Below are positions 47,944 to 58,196 of a DNA stretch of 64,000 bases, one piece after another. Position 1 is the first letter of the stretch; every line of letters begins with the position of its first letter. Location of the stretch: sequence record AP018399.1, one strand, 5' to 3'. The notes under the pieces are model-generated. The model made no database searches. It was not told the origin of the DNA and saw nothing but the letters and a program-made list of their open reading frames with translations. A program made the position numbers and the translations under genes.

Positions 47944-48630
47944 ATGAAAGGCAAGACTGTAGAGACTGTTCCGTTCGCATTTCGTTTCTTTCTGGTGAAT
48001 CGCTTCACCAAGGAACGTTTCGGACCCTTCGACAGCATTGAGGAAGCGAAGAGCTTCCGTTACGAGAAGTACCGCTGGCACTATTGGGCCACTGAACTCT
48101 ACTCGGATGCGCTGCCGCTGGACCGTCGCGAACGTGAAAAGGTTTGGCTTGACAGCCTGCGCAGCAATGCAGAACGTCGCTACGAGCGTCCGTTTTGCAT
48201 CGTGACTCATCTGGGTGATGTTGTTCACCCGGACGAAATCAAAGCTGCCAGCGGTGGATACGTCTACCGTAACAACGGCTGGGAAGCACGCAACAAGAAG
48301 CGCAACACCATCGAAGTTGGATTGGTGAAGCGCAAGGGTGATGGCAACAAGATTAAGAGCGATTGGGCGTACCGGCAATACTGGAACAACTACTCGCAGG
48401 AAATCGACTTCACCAACGATTCGTTCGGATACTTCCGTCGAATCAGTACCACGGCTGAGCATCGTGCTAACGCGGGATGCGATGCTGATTACGGCCAAGG
48501 CTTCGTTCGCGGTGCCCGTCGCGGTCACAATCTCCCGACCTCATGGGATGACGTGAACTGCGGTGCATACGGACTGAGTGCTTGTTGGAAGCATAACAGC
48601 AAGCGTCGTAAGCAGTGGAAGCCTAAGTAA
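47944..48630 (+). CDS. conserved hypothetical phage protein
   Basis: GGAG SD; LPTSWDD ... WKHNSKRRKQW motif. Confidence 0.75.
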   Translation: MKGKTVETVPFAFRFFLVNRFTKERFGPFDSIEEAKSFRYEKYRWHYWATELYSDALPLDRREREKVWLDSLRSNAERRYERPFCIVTHLGDVVHPDEIKAASGGYVYRNNGWEARNKKRNTIEVGLVKRKGDGNKIKSDWAYRQYWNNYSQEIDFTNDSFGYFRRISTTAEHRANAGCDADYGQGFVRGARRGHNLPTSWDDVNCGAYGLSACWKHNSKRRKQWKPK

Positions 48631-48635
48631 GATAC

Positions 48636-48711
48636 GGGGCCAAGGTGTTGACGGGTGGCATACTAGCTTTGCAAGCTTGGGGACTGGGTTCAATTCCCAG
48701 TGGCTCCACCA
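48636..48711 (+). tRNA. tRNA-Ala(UGC)
   Basis: G3.U70. Confidence 0.95.
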
Positions 48712-48730
48712 AATTAAAACAAGTAGATAT

Positions 48731-48805
48731 GGGAAGTTAGCTCAGGGGTAGAGCGGCTCCCTTACAAGGAGCGGGTCGGGGGTTCGAAACCCTCACTTCC
48801 TACCA
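48731..48805 (+). tRNA. tRNA-Val(UAC)
   Basis: Cloverleaf. Confidence 0.95.
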
Positions 48806-48817
48806 TATTACTACGAT

Positions 48818-48894
48818 GGGGACGGTAGCTCAACGGTTAGAGTGCTGCACTGTGAATGCGGTGATAGCGGGTTCGATTCCCCTCCGTCCCCCCA
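48818..48894 (+). tRNA. tRNA-His(GUG), encoded G-1
   Basis: G-1:C73. Confidence 0.9.
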
Positions 48895-48897
48895 AAC

Positions 48898-48989
48898 GGA
48901 AGCGTGTCCGAGTGGCTTATGGTAGCTCTTTGCTAAAGAGCCGACCCCTTAAACGGGGTCCGCAGGTTCGAATCCTGCCGCTTCCGCCA
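48898..48989 (+). tRNA. tRNA-Ser(GCU)
   Basis: Class II cloverleaf. Confidence 0.95.
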
Positions 48990-49321
48990 TATTCAGCATC
49001 ATCACCATCTTTACACGTCATCTTCATTGGTGTATAGTGACCTCATTATGAAGGACTACCGAATCAAGATGGTGACCAAGGACGGGTGCCTAGTCCAGAA
49101 CAGGGTAGGCAAACGCGACTTCTGGCTGCGCCCTGACGGCAAGCTTGACGAGCATTTCGCCCATATCAGCCTGACCTCTGATGCCCGTGAAAAGGGCGTG
49201 CGGCTTCTCTCTTACACCCATGACCAAGACGGCGTTCAGGCCGTAGTCGAGTGGCTTTGATACACTCCCGGCTGGTGCATTGTAGCACGACCGGCGTCAA
49301 GGTTCCATAAACAAATCATTC

Positions 49322-49398
49322 CCGTCTATAGCTCAACTGGACAGAGCAGTGGTGTTCTAGGCCATTGGTTGGGGGTTCGAATCCCTCTGGGCGGGCCA
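49322..49398 (+). tRNA. tRNA-Arg(UCU)
   Basis: Cloverleaf; unusual G32/G38. Confidence 0.9.
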
Positions 49399-50039
49399 AT
49401 TTTGCCCATTCACGTCACTATACGGGCACGTATCTGACCTTCCGCGTCACCCTGAACGATAGCTAAACGTTACCTGTCCGATACCAGCCCCGATGTAAAA
49501 AACCTGTGGACGCCCCGTGGAGGATGTGTCAATATTGATACACGGTCGCAGCAGCACAACAGGCCGTATCACTCAGGGGTTATAAATGGACGCGGGCGTC
49601 AGAGAATTCGCAGTAGCACTACAGGAAGTCATCAAGCAAAACCGAGCGGCAACAGAAGTAGATACCGGGGACGAAGTAGCAGACGAAGCATTCGCTCATG
49701 GGGTCCAGACAGTTCTTTGCGACCTTGAACAAATGCTGAACGACTTGGGGCAAGGGTTCGACGTGTACCGTTCAGAGCGACCGTTCATCCCGTTGGGCTT
49801 CAAGATACACGCTGTCGTAACTCATTGATTCGGCAGTAGATTTTTCCTTAACTCCAAAACTATAAAGCACTTTCTTCGTGATTGAAGAAAGTGCTTGACT
49901 TCGTGTGTTCGTTTGCCTATAGTATTTCCAACGCGGCGGGAAATTGACGGCTGACCCCGACAACCGACCTAAGCGTTATCTCATCGGAGAGACTTAGACA
50001 ACAACTCACACACAACAGCAACTTTTGGAGTAACGCAAC

Positions 50040-50420
50040 ATGACACAGTATCAGTTCTCGGACCTCAACACGGACCGTACCGTCAGCAACATCCCGCCCA
50101 AGACCCGCACGGTCAAGAAGTCGCCGCTGGCGGCTCGGATGGAGAAGCTGAAAATCAATGAAGCCTTCGTCATCAACGACGCCCAGATGGCTTCTGTCGC
50201 CGCCAATGTCTACGCAACCGCCAAGCGCATCGGCGTGAAGGTCACCCTTCGCCAGTTGCCGGAAGGCGTGGGCGTGTGGCGTGTCCGCAATACCAACGCC
50301 TCGCAGACCGACACCGAACGCAAGAACGAAACGCAGAACGGCGCACCCGCCAAGAAGCGTCTCGTGAAGGCCAACGCTGCACAGTCGCAGGGGCGAGGCC
50401 GTGGTCGTAAAGCGGCTTAA
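50040..50420 (+). CDS. small DNA-binding-like protein
   Basis: KLKINEAF ... GVKVTLR ... VGVWRV pattern. Confidence 0.55.
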   Translation: MTQYQFSDLNTDRTVSNIPPKTRTVKKSPLAARMEKLKINEAFVINDAQMASVAANVYATAKRIGVKVTLRQLPEGVGVWRVRNTNASQTDTERKNETQNGAPAKKRLVKANAAQSQGRGRGRKAA

Positions 50421-50588
50421 CTCACAGACCAGCATCGCACCTTGCGATAGAAGAGTGGCCCGGTCTGACCACCGGGCTAACTCTAGGGTTACTACTTTTG
50501 GAGTGCGCCCATAGTACAGGTATGTGATGAGTCTGTCAAGGGGTAGTGCGAAGAAATTTCACTCTTGACAGTTATAGATGACGGCACT

Positions 50589-51215
50589 ATAATTAGTGCC
50601 ATGACCATCCATGACGAAATCATCAAGCTTCGGGACTCGGCCAGCAACAGCCTGCGTCGGGTGGAAAACTTCCCCAAGCTGACACCATACGGGTCCATAT
50701 ACACCGCCACGCTAGTCGCTGGCGGTATTGCCCTGTCCGAAGTCTTCAAGTTCAACCCGCACACCTACGCGGGTGAAGACATGGATGGCATCATCAAGCG
50801 TCTGGTCGAGCGGGCCGGACTGGTGGAAGGGACGCTGGGCTACGTCGAATGCACCGAAGGCGTGCTGGACTATCTGCTGGTCCCGTCTGAGGATGAGTCC
50901 TACCAGAAGAAGTTCTACAATGGCGTGTCCGCATCCCGCGACCGCAAGAACGTCACCATCCCCGGCACTGGCATTCGCTACACCGTGAAGAAGCCGGAAG
51001 CGAAGCGCAACGTCTACAGCGATTGGAAGACTCTGGACGCATCCGTCCTAGTGGTCATCAATGCCGTGGGCGAATGGAAAGACGAAAAGGCCGACGAAGA
51101 GAACAAGAAGAAGGTCGAAGACTGGCTTGTTTCTACGGCCGGTGACGTGACCAAGGCGCTGGAATATCTCACTGCACTGGACAAGTTGGTCGGGAAGGCT
51201 ATGACTCATAAATAA
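50589..51215 (+). CDS. hypothetical protein
   Basis: ORF with promoter. Confidence 0.7.
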   Translation: MISAMTIHDEIIKLRDSASNSLRRVENFPKLTPYGSIYTATLVAGGIALSEVFKFNPHTYAGEDMDGIIKRLVERAGLVEGTLGYVECTEGVLDYLLVPSEDESYQKKFYNGVSASRDRKNVTIPGTGIRYTVKKPEAKRNVYSDWKTLDASVLVVINAVGEWKDEKADEENKKKVEDWLVSTAGDVTKALEYLTALDKLVGKAMTHK

Positions 51216-51690
51216 GTTCATCAACCGAGCTTATTTGCAATGAGACTAGACCTTTTCAACCCGTGGCGTGACCTAACAACTTGGTCAGGCTTGACTCTAC
51301 AGTACCAGACTTCCAAGAAGGGCGACACTTGGACTACCTACATTCGTGAGAAGGATAGCAAGCAGCCTATCACGTTTGGTATCTCACGCAATTCTAAGGA
51401 AGAGTCCCTACAGCGCGCGGACCAGAATCTTAAGCGAATTGGCATCGAAGGCGTTCAGAAGGCGATGGCTACCGGCCAGATGATTCGCCCTAACGAAGCG
51501 CTCCCCCAGCAGGAACCACGCAAGGAAATCGAATGGCGTGATGGAGCTAACCACCGCTTCAAGGCCCAGCGTGATATCGTTGACGGCAAACCTCAACGCT
51601 AATCTTCAAAAATAATCTTCTCAATCTATTGACAACGCCAAATGATGGGCTTATAATTTAGCCCATCCTATCCACTCATGGAGAAACAAT

Positions 51691-52290
51691 ATGACCCTCA
51701 CCGGTCGTCTTGCTACCCTGATTGCTGCACTAGGCGTGTCAATCGTCGCTTTCAACCACTTCAACAAGCCCGAAGTCGTTGATATCTCTCACATCCAGCC
51801 TGTCGAAGTCCTTCCGGACCCCATTCCGGAAGCTGAAAGCGTGCTGGTTCAGCTTGACCAAGCCGAATTCGAATGTATGCGTGCCAATATGTACTATGAG
51901 GCCCGCAATCAGCGTTCGGATGAAGCCTACATCGCAGTTGGCTACACCGTTCTCAATCGCGTCGCTTCCAAGCGCTACCCTGACTCCATCTGCGGTGTCA
52001 TTTCGCAGGCACGTCGCGATTCGAAGGGCAATCCCATCCGCCACAAGTGTCAGTTTTCGTGGTACTGCGATGGCAAGCCGGACGTTCCGAATCTGAACAA
52101 TGTTTTGGAACGTCGTGCTTGGGAGCGTGCAACCGAACTTGCCGCACAAGTGATGCGGAATGAAGTTGACAATCCGATTGGAAACGCTACAATGTACCAC
52201 GCTACTTACGTCAACCCGCACTGGAAGCGTGCCTATCACAAGGTCGCGACCATCGAAACCCACATCTTCTACTCCCAAACCAAGGCTTAA
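51691..52290 (+). CDS. SleB-like cell wall hydrolase (Hydrolase_2)
   Basis: CMRANMYYEAR ... VLNRV ... CQFSWYCDGK ... YHA. Confidence 0.9.
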   Translation: MTLTGRLATLIAALGVSIVAFNHFNKPEVVDISHIQPVEVLPDPIPEAESVLVQLDQAEFECMRANMYYEARNQRSDEAYIAVGYTVLNRVASKRYPDSICGVISQARRDSKGNPIRHKCQFSWYCDGKPDVPNLNNVLERRAWERATELAAQVMRNEVDNPIGNATMYHATYVNPHWKRAYHKVATIETHIFYSQTKA

Positions 52291-52294
52291 TCAA

Positions 52295-52909
52295 ATGCTG
52301 ACTCTGAATTTCGATACGTGGTTCATGCGCAAGTTCCTCAACTACAGCGGTCGCTACGCTGAACCGCCGAAGACCATCTGTGAACTCGGTCGCGTCATCC
52401 TCGGCATGACCTTCCTGTGGCTGGTCGGTATCACTGTCGTGCTGGCTGTCGTGTCCCTGTACCTCACTGGCCTGTTCGGCGTGTTCTACGTGATGTTCAC
52501 CGATACCACGCTGGCCGAATTCTTCGACTTCGCCACGAAGGAAGCAACGTGGACCGGCATGGCTTGGCTGTTCTTCATTCTGGGCAACATCGCTCTGGCT
52601 GTGGCCGCTGGCATCTTCGGCTTCAAGTTCGCCAAGGAATACCGGGACGAAAAGCAACATGAACGTGCCCGCCTGAACTTCGAAAAGACTGGCGTGTGGG
52701 AAGTGCCGAAGGCTGCACCGTCGCCCATCAAGGAATTCTTCAAGGGTGTCTGGGCGCGATTCCACGACAAGACTTGCACGATGATTCAGTGGGAGAACGA
52801 CCCGGCCACCCTGCGCCAGCGCGAGCGTGAAAAGGAAGAGCGCGAGTGGGAAGAGCGTCGTGCAAAGCTCATCGCTGAAACAATCTCTGATTCAGAAAAC
52901 AACGCTTGA
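52295..52909 (+). CDS. membrane protein
   Basis: TM helices. Confidence 0.7.
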   Translation: MLTLNFDTWFMRKFLNYSGRYAEPPKTICELGRVILGMTFLWLVGITVVLAVVSLYLTGLFGVFYVMFTDTTLAEFFDFATKEATWTGMAWLFFILGNIALAVAAGIFGFKFAKEYRDEKQHERARLNFEKTGVWEVPKAAPSPIKEFFKGVWARFHDKTCTMIQWENDPATLRQREREKEEREWEERRAKLIAETISDSENNA

Positions 52910-52973
52910 CATAGTAATCACATCGCTGTAATCTAACCTCACTTTCCAACCACTACCTCAAAGGTAAGCAATA

Positions 52974-53399
52974 ATGTCCCAGCCGGTTCGTTTCACCCAC
53001 AACACCCGCAACCCGCGTCTGCGCTACACCGTGGCGTACTCGTTCGAAAAGAATGCCGATGGCACCCTCGACGTGACCTACGGCATCGCACAGTGCCGCA
53101 AGGGCGACTCGTTCTCCCGTTCGGAAGGCCGCAAGATGGCCGAAGCCCGTCTCAACAAGGCTCGCAAGGGCAAGCAGGCTGCGGTGGTCGATGCCGAGTC
53201 CGGCGAAGCTCTGGTCCCGCTGTACGGCGTCCTGTCGGTGCAGGACCATGCTGGCCTGAGCGTCGGCAAGTTCGTCTCCGAGACGTTCGAAGCTGACCGC
53301 CAGAAGACGCTGGCCTACAACTCGCAGAACTCGCTGGGCGCAATCGCCGCTCAGGTGTTCGGCCCGTCGCTGTCGAAGGCTCTGGGTTTCAGCTTCTAA
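52974..53399 (+). CDS. conserved phage protein
   Basis: GIAQCRKGDSFSRSEGRKMA motif. Confidence 0.7.
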   Translation: MSQPVRFTHNTRNPRLRYTVAYSFEKNADGTLDVTYGIAQCRKGDSFSRSEGRKMAEARLNKARKGKQAAVVDAESGEALVPLYGVLSVQDHAGLSVGKFVSETFEADRQKTLAYNSQNSLGAIAAQVFGPSLSKALGFSF

Positions 53400-53926
53400 G
53401 TAAAAAAGAACCCGCGTTAGGTGTTTCGCCTCCTTGGCATCTAACGCGGGTTTCTTCTTCTCAAGGGGTATTTGGTAACAAAACTGGAAACACAAATGAT
53501 TAACAAGAAGACCCTTTTCTTCACCCTCGTCTCTGACGGTACCCCGCACCAGTTCGAAGCTTTCAAGAGCATCATCTGCCCTTACGAAAAGAAGAAGAGA
53601 TACCAGCTTGACGTGTATCGCGACATGGTGGCATTCCGCAACTCTCCCCGCGTCTACATCCTCGACAACACAGGCAATATCCTCCCGGTCTAAATAAGAC
53701 CACACCGAATCTTAAGGGGGATACATGCTTTCGTTTCGTAACCAACTGCTACAGACCTTCGGCATCGAACGTGACTTCGCTGCCATCGTCAACTCTGACA
53801 TTCAGATTCAGCATTCCGACGAATGTGAACCGTTTGCAGAAATCGTGACTGATAAGGCCGGACACACAACCCTTAGAGTCGGGAGACTCCAACCTAACAG
53901 GGTGCCGGTCATCAAGATTCGGTAAG

Positions 53927-54760
53927 TCAAATCTGGGATTGAACTAGGCGGTGGAATTCCTTCACCGCCTTTTTCCATTTCTGGGGATTCTTCTTAAAAA
54001 CTGACGCAAAGAACGGATAAGCCCCAGCGTTACGTCGCGGGTCAACTGCATCATAGAATGCCGATTGAATCTTCTCACGGTCTTTCACTCCACGAATCGA
54101 ATTGATAAAATCTGAGGCCGCTGTGGTAATCTGTGGTCCGAATTCTTCCTGACTGTTGTAGTACAGGTCTGAGTCTTCCTGACCAGCTAGACGTGCTGCG
54201 TTGGTACCCGTCTGTGATGGGTGTAGCTTCCCTAGCGCAACGTCCTGAACCATGTGCTGCAACTCGTGGTCAACAATACCTTCAAGCGAGTGAAGCTGTT
54301 GTGGAATCAAGTTAGGATTATAAACGGCTCGGTCAGGTTTCACCGACGCCACGTTGACATTGATAGCTGACGGGTCACCCTTCGACTTCTGGAAGTATTC
54401 GCCATCGTTCGTATTACCTGCTGCTCGTGGACCAGCATAGAGCTTGAGTACGAAATCTTTTGTACGTATATTCTTTCTGTAGCGTTCCGGTAGCTCACTG
54501 GTACGGAATGCCACCTTGCCGCGTAGAGCCGGGTTGTTGCGGTCTAGGTTATGCAATTCAAAATCGCCGTACTTGGCTCGTGCATCCTGTAGAGCCTTTT
54601 CGAACTCTGGACCCGGTTCCTCTCCGTCCACACGATACAAACGTGCTAGATGACTGAAATAGGCCGCTGCAACAATGCTCATGGCCTGTTGATACGTGGT
54701 AGGCGGAATCTGAATCTTGGACTCGGCTAGGAATTGGCGGAATGAAGTCTTCATCCCCAT
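53927..54760 (-). CDS. putative virion-internal protein with HExxH motif
   Basis: FRQFLAES N-terminus, DHELQH; ATAAATA just upstream. Confidence 0.55.
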   Translation of the reverse strand: MGMKTSFRQFLAESKIQIPPTTYQQAMSIVAAAYFSHLARLYRVDGEEPGPEFEKALQDARAKYGDFELHNLDRNNPALRGKVAFRTSELPERYRKNIRTKDFVLKLYAGPRAAGNTNDGEYFQKSKGDPSAINVNVASVKPDRAVYNPNLIPQQLHSLEGIVDHELQHMVQDVALGKLHPSQTGTNAARLAGQEDSDLYYNSQEEFGPQITTAASDFINSIRGVKDREKIQSAFYDAVDPRRNAGAYPFFASVFKKNPQKWKKAVKEFHRLVQSQI

Positions 54761-54767
54761 ATTTATT

Positions 54768-54811
54768 CCCGGCCTGCCATCCATTTTACACTATAAATTA
54801 TAAAGTGTCAA
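54768..54811 (-). repeat. dispersed element, copy 10
   Basis: TTGACA-17-TAAAAT plus motif, directly upstream of a CDS. Confidence 0.9.
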
Positions 54812-54865
54812 CAAAAAAATACCCCTTGCATTGAGGGATGCAAGGGGCTATAATTTACTTTCTTC

Positions 54866-55600
54866 TTACTTTGAAGCGATTGCAGTGAAGTAGCGGATTG
54901 GGTTCAGTAGCTTTCCGTCTCGTCTGATTTCGACGTGGACGTGAACGCCAGTGCTGATTCCCGTTCTACCAGCTTTTGCAATTTCCATACCTGCTGTCAC
55001 AATGTCACCGGCCTTGACAAGCAAGCGTGAGTTGTGAGCTAGTAGCGTCGTATAACCATTCTCATGGTCAATCTCAACTACATTCCCGTATCCGTTTCGG
55101 ACGCCTGAGAAGACGACACGACCGGCTGCGGGGGCCAGAACAGGTGTACCTAGCTTGGCGGCTAGGTCGATTCCGTCGTGATGACGAACTCGTCCCCTGA
55201 CTGGATGCTTTCGCCATCCGAAGGCAGAGGTAATGATGCCAGTGAGAGAAGGGATGCGGGAAGAGGCTTGCGAGTCATCTTGTGGTTCCTCGCCCAGAAT
55301 GTTTTCTGGCTTCCGAATGAAGGATGCTAGAGGGTCTTCATCTAGCGTTGGCACATCAAATGGTGTCTGGTACACCGGTTTTGGTAGATTCAAAAAATCG
55401 CTCACGCGAGCGTTAGGACTTAGTGGTTCTACCAGTTGGGTTGCGGCAATCATCCCGGCTGTCTGCCCATGTTCAGCGGCAGATGCAGTTTGCGTGATGC
55501 TTCCGATTACCATCAGTGGTATCAGAAGGAATATCGCTGCTGCTTTCTTAATTACGGACGGTCTGTACAAGCTCCCATCCTTGGTTAGTAGTTCATGCAT
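54866..55600 (-). CDS. M23 family peptidase
   Basis: HDGIDL ... GYGN ... HNS ... STGVHVHVE. Confidence 0.9.
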   Translation of the reverse strand: MHELLTKDGSLYRPSVIKKAAAIFLLIPLMVIGSITQTASAAEHGQTAGMIAATQLVEPLSPNARVSDFLNLPKPVYQTPFDVPTLDEDPLASFIRKPENILGEEPQDDSQASSRIPSLTGIITSAFGWRKHPVRGRVRHHDGIDLAAKLGTPVLAPAAGRVVFSGVRNGYGNVVEIDHENGYTTLLAHNSRLLVKAGDIVTAGMEIAKAGRTGISTGVHVHVEIRRDGKLLNPIRYFTAIASK

Positions 55601-55718
55601 AGAGTTTTCCTTTAACGTTTGTCTAGCTTATAATTTTTCCCTCAAAGAAAGTATTTAGTAACGAAAGAAGCCCTAGTGTACGTCACTAGGGCTTCTGTGT
55701 CAATGCTATGTTCAGGTT

Positions 55719-56585
55719 TTAAAGCAAACCAGTAATGTGTGCATTCTCGACTGGCGGGGCACCAGCGAAGATAAACGAGGACTTCCCACCCTTGCGAATG
55801 TCCGCTTCTTCCGTAGGACTCAGCACCTTGCTGGAATCGAATTCAATTACTACCAGCTTCTTGTAGGCCAGAACGTTGTACCATCCGTAGTTCGTCTTCG
55901 TCACGAACAGGAAGAATTCATCATCACTCGGTCCAATCGGACCGGGACGGCTGGGGAAGCGACGGGACAGATTGACCTTTTCCTTACCCATGTACCAGCC
56001 GGATGCACCATTCTTAAGTGTAATCCACTGGCCCTTCTGGTAACCACTTACCAGCTTGGCACTGGCCTTCTTCTCGCGGGTTGCCATGTCGGTATTCATC
56101 TGGTCCCAGAGGTCAGTGCCTTCCGGAATCAGGATGTTGTTCGAACCGAGGCGACCAATCACGCAACGACCATTGATGACGCCACCAGCAGAGATACCAG
56201 TCTGCGTGATAATCTGGGCGAGGTTGGCCGAGGGGATTTCCCATTCGAAGCCACGCGGGTCTTCGATACGCCACACCACGTTGCCAGAGTTCCAACCGCC
56301 AGTACGCTTCACGGACTTGGCAATCTTGAAACCGGCCAGCGGTTCATTCTTGACGTTGATGGGGTCGGGCTGCTTGTCGTATTCGTACTTGCCGTTGACA
56401 TAGCGACCATAGCCGCGAGTCCACGTATCCACCGTTTCCTTGCGCTTCTTGAAAGCAGCCGTGGTATCGAACGGAGTCAGGAATGCCAGTGGAAGGTCGG
56501 ACGTGTCCTTATGCTGGCTCTTGAAACCAACATAGAATTCGTCAATACGCTTGATGAGTTCGCTCATCTGAACAGTGTGCCCCAT
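55719..56585 (-). CDS. conserved hypothetical phage protein
   Basis: WRIEDPRGFEWEI motif. Confidence 0.75.
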   Translation of the reverse strand: MGHTVQMSELIKRIDEFYVGFKSQHKDTSDLPLAFLTPFDTTAAFKKRKETVDTWTRGYGRYVNGKYEYDKQPDPINVKNEPLAGFKIAKSVKRTGGWNSGNVVWRIEDPRGFEWEIPSANLAQIITQTGISAGGVINGRCVIGRLGSNNILIPEGTDLWDQMNTDMATREKKASAKLVSGYQKGQWITLKNGASGWYMGKEKVNLSRRFPSRPGPIGPSDDEFFLFVTKTNYGWYNVLAYKKLVVIEFDSSKVLSPTEEADIRKGGKSSFIFAGAPPVENAHITGLL

Positions 56586-56775
56586 GAAAGGTTGCCGGAA
56601 GGAAGTATCGTTGCATATTCAACGTCGCGATGCGTAATCAACTCATCATCAACGAACGTACAACGTACCGTGATGGGTTTATTATAACGCTTCGCTTCTT
56701 CCTTTGCAAGCAAAAGAACACGGTCTGCCCCATCATAGGGCAGACCGTTGAGGTAGAACGTAAAGTTTCCTCTGG

Positions 56776-58083
56776 TCACTCGGAAGCCGCAGATTCCAAG
56801 TCAACCACGTCCTTGTCCAGCAGCGCAGTTTCGTGCGCGAGGAACAGCGGAGACTTCGCCTTCGTGATGGTCGGCGACACCGCTTCGCACTCCACGATAC
56901 GCAGGCATACGCCTTCGTCCACGGTCTTTGCGTCGCTCAGCGGAACCGGCATATCGGTGAAAGCCGAATGGCCGCTCATCACGTCGTCGTAGTAGCGACG
57001 GTCCATCAGGGCTTCGATACGGCCAGAAGCTACCAAGTCCGCCTTACGACCACGGAAGAATTCCGGGGTGTGCATGATGCCGTTGTCCACACAGAAGCGC
57101 TTCACCGCATCCCACGACAGTTCCACATGACGGCCGTCGTTGGTGATGACCATGATACGATAGACGTACAGGTCAGCACGGCCCTGCGGCACGTTGTAGG
57201 TGTAACCCGACTGGATAGCCGCACCGTCGCCGGTCCAGCCAATCAGTTCCGCGTACAGGATGAAGTTCTGCGGCACGATGGCATCGTACTTCTTGCCTTC
57301 GGTAGACCAGATATCGTCCTTGTAGAAGTGGACCTGATTCGGGTTGTTCGCATCCTTGATGACGCGACGCGAACCGTACACATGGTCATACGCCGTGGTC
57401 TGCACCTTGACGCCGAAGAACTTGGCAACCTTTTCCTTCCACGTCGGCTGCACGTTCACCGGCACATGGCCGATACGGATAGACGTACCGTGGAGCTTCT
57501 GGGTCACGATGACTTCGGCATCATCCGGAATCGAATCCAACTGGCGGAACCAGTGGGAAGTCGCCAGATGTTCCGGCAGGAACTTGTTGTCGATACGCTT
57601 GAACTTCTCTTCCTTGAAGGAAGTCTTCTGCACACCGGCCTTGCGAGCCACTTCGTACTTGCGGCAGATTTCGATGCCCGCGATTTCATCGAAGGTATCG
57701 CCTTCCTTGAGCTTCGACACGTCGATGCCCGTGAAGGCCAGCGAATCCACCGGCATCACCAGCGCATCCGAACGATGACCACGGAACTTGATTGCACGCA
57801 CGCGACGGTTCGCTTCGATGTAACCCTTCTTTTCCGGGTCAGCATTCAGCGTGGTATCGCGGTACAGGTTGTTCGCCTTGGTGTATTCGTCGGACAACTG
57901 CGTCTCTGCCGTGAACACCAGCACGAGGTCGCCGACCTTCGTATCCTTGCCCACGATGGCCTGATAGCCGAACAGCGGAGCGCCAACCACGTTATCGCAG
58001 TTCGGCAGCACGTTGATGTGGCGAATCGTCGTGACCACAGCCACGTAGTTCGCGTTCTTCGGTTCCTTGAAAGTCAGAGACAT
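56776..58083 (-). CDS. ATP-dependent RNA ligase with N-terminal OB-like domain (DRB0094-like)
   Basis: Motif I TQKLHGT, motif IV DEGVC and motif V KAKS. Confidence 0.8.
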   Translation of the reverse strand: MSLTFKEPKNANYVAVVTTIRHINVLPNCDNVVGAPLFGYQAIVGKDTKVGDLVLVFTAETQLSDEYTKANNLYRDTTLNADPEKKGYIEANRRVRAIKFRGHRSDALVMPVDSLAFTGIDVSKLKEGDTFDEIAGIEICRKYEVARKAGVQKTSFKEEKFKRIDNKFLPEHLATSHWFRQLDSIPDDAEVIVTQKLHGTSIRIGHVPVNVQPTWKEKVAKFFGVKVQTTAYDHVYGSRRVIKDANNPNQVHFYKDDIWSTEGKKYDAIVPQNFILYAELIGWTGDGAAIQSGYTYNVPQGRADLYVYRIMVITNDGRHVELSWDAVKRFCVDNGIMHTPEFFRGRKADLVASGRIEALMDRRYYDDVMSGHSAFTDMPVPLSDAKTVDEGVCLRIVECEAVSPTITKAKSPLFLAHETALLDKDVVDLESAASE

Positions 58084-58196
58084 TGTTGTCGCCTTGTTGA
58101 TTGAATGTAGGAGTAAACTATAAACCAAAAAAGAAGCCGTGTCAACACTTGACACGGCCTCTTCATCAATGTTGTAACTAGTGTTTTATTTTTGTA

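Noticed and set aside
30651-49400. HDV-like theta ribozymes at tRNA 3' ends
   Set aside because: No convincing nested double pseudoknot was found by eye after any tRNA; a motif search is needed to exclude it fully.
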